Assembly (NCBI GenBank): GCA_965204545.1
Contig: CBDBFA010000002.1
Span: 174,487-238,486 of the forward strand
Source of the DNA: Opitutales bacterium
GTDB lineage: Bacteria > Verrucomicrobiota > Verrucomicrobiia > Opitutales > UBA2995
Direction of reading: 5' to 3'
Length of the DNA: 64,000 nucleotides
A program made the position numbers and the translations under genes. Below, piece after piece: positions 9,325 to 16,548 of the stretch. The stretch's first letter is position 1. Each line of letters opens with the position of its first letter. The notes under the pieces are model-generated. The model saw only the letters and a program-made list of their open reading frames with translations. It was not told the origin of the DNA and did no database searches.

Positions 9325-9867
9325 TCAGCCCTTGAAGTTTGGTGTTGCATGAATGTGACGACTTACGTTGCTCGGGTCTCCCATATTTAGACGTTGAGCT
9401 ATCCAGGGATTGGTGGCGCTGGTTTGCTTTCTGAGTTCCCGGGCCAGGGTGATTTTCCAATTCGCAGATTTCTTGTCCTGGTCGATGTGTTTTTGCGTTT
9501 TGCGGCGTTTTCTCAGCCAACGGACCACCAAGTCTTCGTAACTCATTTCGTTCAGCTCCTGGAGTTCACGCCCTCCCCAGTCTTTGGCCAAATCCATCTT
9601 CTTAAAATCCGCGTGCAGCTTCTTTTTATACACCTTCCCGGCAATGGCCCATCCCTTCACATACTTTTTCTGCAGGGCATCCTTTTTCTTCGGATCGGCT
9701 TCTTCCTGCAGTTCCAGTCGTTCCGCATAACGGCGCATTCCGGCTAAACTGTCCGGCAGAGCGCATTCGCTCAAAAAATCCCTCCGAAACAAGGGTGCCG
9801 CCACCTTCATCTTAAAATACTTCGGGTAACTGGAGAGGCGAGTGGTCTTTGAGATTTTCCACATCAC
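9325..9867 (-). pseudogene. C-terminal remnant of a REP-associated/IS200-like (Y1) transposase-type protein with DnaA-C-like HTH
   Basis: 180 aa ending LARELRKQTSATNPWIAQRLNMGDPSNVSRHI (HTH). From memory this resembles the C-terminal two thirds of PVC transposase-like proteins. No room upstream for the catalytic N-terminal domain. Confidence 0.4.
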
Positions 9868-9959
9868 ATGCTGCCCTCACAATTGGCTTGCTGAAGCAAA
9901 AAAATATACAAAGATTGACAATGTCTGTACAGTAGAAATTTAAGAAGTAAGGATCGATC

Positions 9960-10217
9960 ATGCATATTTCATTAACTAAGAACTTGGACAACCTGGTGAA
10001 ATCCAAGGTGAAGTCAGGCCTCTACAACAATGCGAGCGAAGTGGTTCGTGAAGCGTTGCGCATGATGCACGAAAAGGACAAAGCGCAAGAGGCCCGTTAC
10101 GAGCATTTTAAACGGGAAGTCATTCTAGGTGTGGAAGCGGCCGAGCGTGGTGAATTCTCAGAAAGGACACCGCAGGAAATTATTCGTGACCTGGAGAACA
10201 GGCACGATGTCTCGTGA
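9960..10217 (+). CDS. parD: type II antitoxin, ParD family
   Basis: 85 aa. LVKSKVKSGLYNNASEVVREALRMM is the ParD/CC2985-type ribbon-helix-helix signature. Confidence 0.85.
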   Translation: MHISLTKNLDNLVKSKVKSGLYNNASEVVREALRMMHEKDKAQEARYEHFKREVILGVEAAERGEFSERTPQEIIRDLENRHDVS

Positions 10218-10524
10218 CCTCAAGCTCACGCTACCGGCCGTTGAAGATTTCGAAGGTATACTTGAATACACTCTCATTACCTGGAGTGAGTTCCAGTACA
10301 AAAAGTATCGAGACCTCCTGCTCCAGGCATTAGCGGCGATAACCGCAGATCCTGGGAGAATTCCGAGTAAAGTCCGTGAAGACCTTGGCCGTGGGATATG
10401 GCTTTACCCCGTTGGTCGACATTACCTGGTATACGGATATTCTGATGCGCAGGTGATTGTTTTCCGTATCTTGCATCAACAAATGGATTTGCCAAGTCAC
10501 CTCGACGACCTTGAGCAATGCTAG
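10207..10524 (+). CDS. parE: type II toxin, ParE/RelE family
   Basis: ATG at 10207 overlaps the parD stop by 11 nt. HYLVYGYSDAQVIVFRILHQQMD is the typical ParE C-terminus. Its TAG stop lies inside the first 4 nt of MITE copy C. Confidence 0.8.
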   Translation: MSRDLKLTLPAVEDFEGILEYTLITWSEFQYKKYRDLLLQALAAITADPGRIPSKVREDLGRGIWLYPVGRHYLVYGYSDAQVIVFRILHQQMDLPSHLDDLEQC

Positions 10525-10701
10525 CCCGCATATCTCACAAACTTTCTACTGCGCTCCGGTATGTCGGCGCTGGCGGGGATTTCCCTGGATTCGGGACTTT
10601 GCAGGGTGTCGACCCGGCTTCACCCCCGAATCTGCACGAAACCCCCGCCAGCACTCGACCTCCGTTCGCTCGCCACGAATTTTGTGAGATATGCGGGCTA
10701 G
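10521..10701 (+). repeat. 181-bp palindromic MITE-like element, copy C
   Basis: CTAGCCCGCATATCTCACAAA ... TTTGTGAGATATGCGGGCTAG. Same orientation as copy A. Confidence 0.8.
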
Positions 10702-10785
10702 CCCTAAAGAATCCGACGAAGTTTTAAACCAAATTACTTCCACAACGGTTTCACCAACCGGTCGTTCAAGATTCAGTTTCGGGTA

Positions 10786-13506
10786 CTACTTTTTCTGAAA
10801 GCCTTCGCTCCGGATTAGAGCATGGACGAACGAGCTTACCGCATATTCTTCCTGCTTGGCGGAACCGACGATTTGGTTAGCCAGATCTTCATCGGTAAAT
10901 CCAAAGGGGCGACCCAGAGCATACCCGATCAAGTGTTCGACGAAGCCACGGGCGAAATCATCCTCTCGCTGAGCGACCAGGTCCCGCAGTTCATGATAGT
11001 CGCCAAACGCGGGTCCCTTGTGAAACGCTCCGGAGGCATCGATGTCCCAGACCTTCTTCCGTTTGCCAACCCCATGCGATTCTTGGGTCCGCCACTTTCC
11101 AGCCGCATCAAAATTCTCCAGTCCGAACCCGATCGGATCGATCTTGCGGTGGCAACTGGCACACTGGGCTTCTTCCATGTGAGCGGCTAGGCGTTCACGG
11201 GTGGTAAGAACTTGATCGTTCAGTCGCGAAATCTGAGGCACGTTTGGAGGCGCGGGCGGTGGCGGATTGTTCAGCAAATGGCGAAGCACCCAGGCTCCGC
11301 GCTCGACAGGACTGCTGTGGACGCCATCGCTGCCCATGGCATGGATAGCAACCATGCCCAGCAATCCGCCACGGGGCGAATCAGCCGGCAAGGCGACCTT
11401 GTGAAATTCGTCGCCGGTGACGCCTTCGATGCCGTAGTAAGTGGCGAGCAGGCCGTCGATGAGAACGTAGTCGGCCTTGAGGAGATTACCGAGCCGGCCG
11501 TTTACAGGGTCACGAAGCAAGTGGGCGAAGGATTGATACACCTCCTGTCGAGCGGAGGCCCGCGTGCTCTCATCGAATTCGCGGTGGAGCTTCACATCGA
11601 ACTGGAAGAAATCGAGCCGCTCCATATCCAACCATTGGTGGACGAAACCGGACACGAATTCATCCGACCGCGGATCGGCGATCATGCGGTCGATTTGTTG
11701 GCGCAGTATCCTGGGTTTGCTTAGCTGGTTCCTCTCCGCTAGCTCGAACAAGGTCGCATCGGGCGGAGCGCTCCAAAGGAAATAAGCGAGACGAACCGCC
11801 AGTTCGCGATCGTTCAGCGGGCGTGGAGCCTCTTCATCTCCCGGTTCATTGAGATAGAGAAAACCCGGCGAAGCGAGAATGATGCTGAGTGGTGTGGCAA
11901 TGGCGTCTTCGAGCAAATTCCAATTTATCCTCAACAGCTCTCCGCCGGTCCGTTCTTTTTCATAAATAGCCACGAGCTGATCAATGAATGCTTCCGCGGG
12001 CTCGGTTTGGCGCATGGCCACTCGGGCAAAGGCAGTAAGAAACTCGCGGACCGCATCCAACTCTGTGAGCACCGTATGACTGGAGGTAGAGTTTATGACC
12101 GGATGTTGCTTAAGCGCCTGGTCCAGTAACGTTTCACTTTGCTTGATCGGTCCTTCAAGTTCAATCCAGTCAATCCAGATAGCGGGGCTGTGACCGTAGC
12201 CATTTTTGGCCTTATCGGCGTTATAGATTTTGCGCAGCGCAGTCCCCTTTGCGGGCTGTCGTTCCTGGATGGCGAACTCACGGATGGTATCGGCACCGAC
12301 AACAATTTCTGTTTCAAGCATCTCCGGTTCTTTAATGGTCCCGGTGATGCGATGTGTGCTGATCACACCAGTGATGCCTGCCTTCACATGATTATCCCTT
12401 TGTGGGTGACCCAGCTGGATAAAGTGACGGAACTCAGGCGCGCCTTCGGCAATCCCTGCATTGATGCGCAATTTGTAGTTTCCCGGCAGTAAGGTTCCCG
12501 CTGGCGGCTTAATCAGAATACGCCCCGTTCCCCAGGTGGTCTTCAGGTAGGTCCCACGATCATTATGCGGGAGGTCTACGTAGTGCTGATAATAAGTATA
12601 AACTCGATTCCCTGAACTATTCGCAAACGCGGCCCTGTTCGCATCGCGGAACCCATAGTCCTTGGGTTTTGGAGCCCCTTTCAATAATTCAGCATTTCTA
12701 TAAAACTCAACATTCGGTGGGACATTCTTGGGATTCTTCCTGAGAAGCTCCGCCATTACCGCCTTGTTTTCCGGCGCAGCAGCGGCTCGGTCGACTCCCG
12801 CTTTCCAGGCAAGGTATCTCGCACGCTGATCATCCAGCTCTTTGATTTCGTTCCTGAGAACAGGATTAACCGTATCCTCTGGTTCAATACGGAAGACCAT
12901 GGGCCTGGAAAAGCCCGCGTTGGCCCGGCGTTGGAACGCTTCGATCACCGCCTTGCGACCAATTTTCAGATACTGCTCAATCTGATCGCTTGAAATAAAC
13001 TGGGATGAACCATCGGTATCGAAACCTCTGCCCGTTGCATCCTCGGGGAGTGCATTCACATCGACTTCGACCCCCAGCAATTCGCGCATCGTATTTTGGT
13101 ATTCCCGACGATTGAGACGGCGCATGGTGATCTTGCCCCCCGAGTCGCTCAGAATCTTCCGGGCCGCGGCAAGCTGATTTGAAAGATCGTCGAGGAATCC
13201 AGTTTTATCGGCTTTAGGTATCTGCGGCTCATCGTCGGGAGGCATCTCGCCGGAATTGAGGGCATTGAGTACCTTCTGCCAGGTCTCCGCCGTTTCCACG
13301 TCCTCGCTGATGTTGAACGAGATCGTCTCCAGGTTGACCTCCCCCTCTTCGATCACCGAATCGTGGCATTCGTAGCAATAGGTTTTGAAGAGCGAACGAT
13401 GACTCTCCAGCAGACGGGCCTCCGGCAGAGAGGCATCCAAGTGGTTACAAAACCAAAGGACTAGACTGATCGCTGAAAACTGACGACCGATTACAGCCCT
13501 CCTCAC
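10786..13506 (-). CDS. PSCyt/DUF1592-DUF1595-DUF1587-DUF1588-DUF1585 family protein (planctomycete cytochrome-c-domain protein)
   Basis: 906 aa. N-terminal CYECHD and C-terminal CASCHRKIDPIGFGLENFD haem-c-like motifs. Architecture typical of the DUF1592 partner of DUF1552. Confidence 0.8.
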   Translation of the reverse strand: MRRAVIGRQFSAISLVLWFCNHLDASLPEARLLESHRSLFKTYCYECHDSVIEEGEVNLETISFNISEDVETAETWQKVLNALNSGEMPPDDEPQIPKADKTGFLDDLSNQLAAARKILSDSGGKITMRRLNRREYQNTMRELLGVEVDVNALPEDATGRGFDTDGSSQFISSDQIEQYLKIGRKAVIEAFQRRANAGFSRPMVFRIEPEDTVNPVLRNEIKELDDQRARYLAWKAGVDRAAAAPENKAVMAELLRKNPKNVPPNVEFYRNAELLKGAPKPKDYGFRDANRAAFANSSGNRVYTYYQHYVDLPHNDRGTYLKTTWGTGRILIKPPAGTLLPGNYKLRINAGIAEGAPEFRHFIQLGHPQRDNHVKAGITGVISTHRITGTIKEPEMLETEIVVGADTIREFAIQERQPAKGTALRKIYNADKAKNGYGHSPAIWIDWIELEGPIKQSETLLDQALKQHPVINSTSSHTVLTELDAVREFLTAFARVAMRQTEPAEAFIDQLVAIYEKERTGGELLRINWNLLEDAIATPLSIILASPGFLYLNEPGDEEAPRPLNDRELAVRLAYFLWSAPPDATLFELAERNQLSKPRILRQQIDRMIADPRSDEFVSGFVHQWLDMERLDFFQFDVKLHREFDESTRASARQEVYQSFAHLLRDPVNGRLGNLLKADYVLIDGLLATYYGIEGVTGDEFHKVALPADSPRGGLLGMVAIHAMGSDGVHSSPVERGAWVLRHLLNNPPPPAPPNVPQISRLNDQVLTTRERLAAHMEEAQCASCHRKIDPIGFGLENFDAAGKWRTQESHGVGKRKKVWDIDASGAFHKGPAFGDYHELRDLVAQREDDFARGFVEHLIGYALGRPFGFTDEDLANQIVGSAKQEEYAVSSFVHALIRSEGFQKK

Positions 13507-14795
13507 GCCTGCAACTCCTTCACTACACCGGTGCTGTCGCCGTGTCGTTCGACATCAATACCCATGCCGTTCAGCATGGTGAGCCAGACGTTGCACAGCG
13601 GGGTGTCCTTCGGCAGAACCATGTGCTGGCCCAGCTTCAGGTTCGCGCCACCTCCGGCTAGGATGGTCGGACAATTATCGAGATAGTGAATACTGCTGAT
13701 GTTCGAACCAAAGGCTAGCGAAACATGATCGAACAAGCTCGATCCGTCGGCTTCTTTGGTCGCCTTGAGCTTGTCGATCAAGCCCGCGAGCATGTCGGCG
13801 TGCGCCTTGTCGCGCGCCTTGGAGGCCTCCAGGCGTTCGCCCTGGGAGTAGTGGCTAACGTTGTGGGCGGTGGGGTCGATACCCATACTCGTCAAGAGCG
13901 CCTGCCCAGGCATTCGGTAAGTCATGACGCGAGTGCTGTCGGTTTGCAAGGCAGCGACGATAAGGTCGTACATCAACTTGATCTCGTCGCGCCCTTTGAG
14001 TCCCGGTTCAGGCTCATCCATCGGCGACTCAACCTTCGGAACATTCAGCCAATCCTCATCCTTGTTGAGTCGCGTTTCAATATCCCGGATACTTTGGAAA
14101 TACTCATCGATCTTGTCGGTATCTGTTTTCGTCAAACCACGCTGGACGCGTTTGGCCTCAGTGAGAACGGCATCCAACACGCTACGGTTTTTAGCGATGG
14201 CCGCTTGCCGTTGGTCGAGAGGCAGCTCGTCGGCTGAAAATAGTTTGTGGAATAATTGCACAGGATCGGGGAATCCCGCGATGGGTTTACCTCGCTGATC
14301 CCAGGCCAACGAGAGTCCGGGACCGTGACCGGAGCCACTGCCGTCAGAGGTATCGAGCTGGATTGAGGAAAATCGGGTGTCCTGACCGAGGTGTTTGGCA
14401 GCGACCTGATCGGCGGAGACGCTGTTGGCCATGCTCTGCCCTGGGATGGCGTAGCGATTGGCGCCCGTCAGCCAGAAAGTGCTGCCCCAGTGGGCTTCGT
14501 TGCTGAACTTGTTCGAGCAGCCCTGCACTACGGTAAAGTCGGCTTTGTGCCTAGCCAAGGGAGCCAGGCCTTGAGGCAAGACATAATCAGCGCCCGTTTG
14601 GCTTACATCGGGAAACCACGTCTCCTTGGTCACGCCAAACCCGATTCCCAAAAATGCCATGCGTTTCGGAGGCGCAATGGGCGCGGTTGAGGCCGCTGAT
14701 GCGAAACGGCGGAAACCGATGGATTCCAGCGCGGGCAATGCGATCAGTGTTCCCGCGGCGCGAAGAAAGTGGCGACGATTGATTTTAGAGTTCAT
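13503..14795 (-). CDS. DUF1552 family protein with twin-arginine leader
   Basis: Start taken at MNSKINRRHFLRAAGTLIALPALES because the track start at 14852 lies inside MITE copy D. 4-nt overlap with the downstream DUF1592 gene. Confidence 0.8.
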   Translation of the reverse strand: MNSKINRRHFLRAAGTLIALPALESIGFRRFASAASTAPIAPPKRMAFLGIGFGVTKETWFPDVSQTGADYVLPQGLAPLARHKADFTVVQGCSNKFSNEAHWGSTFWLTGANRYAIPGQSMANSVSADQVAAKHLGQDTRFSSIQLDTSDGSGSGHGPGLSLAWDQRGKPIAGFPDPVQLFHKLFSADELPLDQRQAAIAKNRSVLDAVLTEAKRVQRGLTKTDTDKIDEYFQSIRDIETRLNKDEDWLNVPKVESPMDEPEPGLKGRDEIKLMYDLIVAALQTDSTRVMTYRMPGQALLTSMGIDPTAHNVSHYSQGERLEASKARDKAHADMLAGLIDKLKATKEADGSSLFDHVSLAFGSNISSIHYLDNCPTILAGGGANLKLGQHMVLPKDTPLCNVWLTMLNGMGIDVERHGDSTGVVKELQA

Positions 14796-14841
14796 AGGGT
14801 TGTAGTCAGATTCTTGGAGCAAGGGTCGAGGGCAGGCATCA

Positions 14842-15073
14842 TTAGCCCGCATTTCTCACAAAATTCGTAGCGAGCGATCGAAGACCGAGTGCTGGTGCGG
14901 GTTTCGTGCAGATTCGCAGGTGAAGCTGGGTCGACACCCTGCAAAGTCGGCATGCATCTGTGCGAAGCACGGGCATGAAATCCAGCGATTCCCGCTCCAG
15001 TGCCGGGATGCGGGCGCGCAGTAGAAAATTGGGAGATGTCGCATTCGCTCGGTAAGTGAGACATGCGGGTTAG
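14842..15073 (-). repeat. MITE-like element, copy D (diverged, about 50-bp internal insertion)
   Basis: TTAGCCCGCATTTCTCACAAA ... GTGAGACATGCGGGTTAG. The right-end TTA is the TAA stop codon of the DUF1552 gene 15070-16338. Confidence 0.7.
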
Positions 15074-16338
15074 GCTCTAGCCAATCCAGACAACGGGCCT
15101 GTGCTACTGGCGAACCGCTCCCGTTCGATACCGAGATTGTGAAGCATGCTTACGTATAGATTTGAAAGCGGGGTGTTGAAGTCGCGGTTGTAGGCAAGAT
15201 GCTGCCCGTGTCGAAAACCGCCTCCAGCCAGGATCACCGGCAAGTTCGTATTGTTGTGGATATTGGCGTCGCCCAGGTTGCTTCCGTAGAGCACCATCGT
15301 GTTGTCCAGCAGAGTTCCGTTGGATTCCTCGACGCCCTGCAAATCGCCCAGCAATTCGCCAAGCATCTGCATCTGCACGTATTCGATTTCCTCCAACTGA
15401 GCGAGTTTGGCCTCATCTTTGCCATGATGGGAGATGTTGTGATATCCGCCAAACGAACGGCCGTCATCGAAAATGACCCCGGGGGTGCGTTGACCTCCCA
15501 GGAACAAGGTGATCACCCGCGTCGAATCGGTCTGAAAGGCGAGCCGCGACATGTCGTACATCATGCGGACCATTTCAAAGAACTGCTTCTTATCACTAGG
15601 GTAATCCGGCAAAGTCTCATCAACCGTTGGCCGAGGGCGTGTTTCCCACGCTTGGACCTCCGACAAGCGTTGTTCCAGACTTCGCACGGCTGTCTGGTAT
15701 TGGTCGATACGATCCCGGTCCAACCCGGAAACCCGCTTGCTCAAGCTCAATGTCTGTCCAAGAACGACATCCAGGATGCTCTCCTTTCGGCGCAATCGTT
15801 CAAGCTGCGCTTCCACGGCCTTTTGATCGCCCTGCAAGAACATCTTCTTATAGAGATCGGCCGCGCTCTTAATGCTGGGAATCTCGACACCAGCCTGAGT
15901 GTAGGACAAGCTCCTGACTTCATTGACCGACAAAGACAGAGATCGAAACCGGGTCAGGTGGCCGATTTCATTAGCCATCACCTGATCCAGGGAGATACTG
16001 TTCCGGAAACTGGCCCTACCTGGATGCGGAGCCGCGGTCAGAAAAGCTTTGTCAGCTCGGTGGCCACCATCGACGCCCGGATGGGATAATCCGCTGAAGA
16101 CGGTGAAATGATCTCGATAGGGAGCGATCTTCTCGAGATAGGGCGTCAGGCCGTATTGCTTACCCGCGGTCTCGGGGAAAAAGAGCCTGGGGATAAAGCC
16201 AAGGTCCTGGCAAATAGCGATAACCCGCTTTGGCGATGATTCAGGTCGTGTAGCTCCGAATGATTCCAGGAGTGGAAGGCCCAAAGTTATACCGGCGGCG
16301 CGTAAGAAGGTTCGGCGATGTATTGTTCGCGAGGTCAT
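15070..16338 (-). CDS. DUF1552 family protein with twin-arginine leader
   Basis: 422 aa. IHRRTFLRAAGITLGLPLLES leader. Paralogous to 13503-14795. Confidence 0.8.
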   Translation of the reverse strand: MTSRTIHRRTFLRAAGITLGLPLLESFGATRPESSPKRVIAICQDLGFIPRLFFPETAGKQYGLTPYLEKIAPYRDHFTVFSGLSHPGVDGGHRADKAFLTAAPHPGRASFRNSISLDQVMANEIGHLTRFRSLSLSVNEVRSLSYTQAGVEIPSIKSAADLYKKMFLQGDQKAVEAQLERLRRKESILDVVLGQTLSLSKRVSGLDRDRIDQYQTAVRSLEQRLSEVQAWETRPRPTVDETLPDYPSDKKQFFEMVRMMYDMSRLAFQTDSTRVITLFLGGQRTPGVIFDDGRSFGGYHNISHHGKDEAKLAQLEEIEYVQMQMLGELLGDLQGVEESNGTLLDNTMVLYGSNLGDANIHNNTNLPVILAGGGFRHGQHLAYNRDFNTPLSNLYVSMLHNLGIERERFASSTGPLSGLARA

Positions 16339-16548
16339 CAGTAATCGGTATTCAGTAATCGGTAATCATTGTCCGTGTTTCACCATCGGCATTGCGGGGA
16401 CGCAATTGCCCTACCCTTCGCAGACATTCGTTACTGGTAGGGCAGGAGCGTCTCGCTCCGCCGCTTGGGACTTCCAGATCCCTAAAGCGTTTCACATAAC
16501 TGTTCATAACAAATTTCTGTCTACTGATTACTGAATACTGAAAGCCGG
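16339..16548. repeat. structured 210-bp spacer with terminal inverted repeats and an internal hairpin
   Basis: CAGTAATCGGTATTCAGTAATCGG (16339-) against CTGATTACTGAATACTGA (16524-). Internal TGCCCTACC...GGTAGGGCA stem and an ATTGCG-GGGA-CGCAAT hairpin. Confidence 0.6.
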
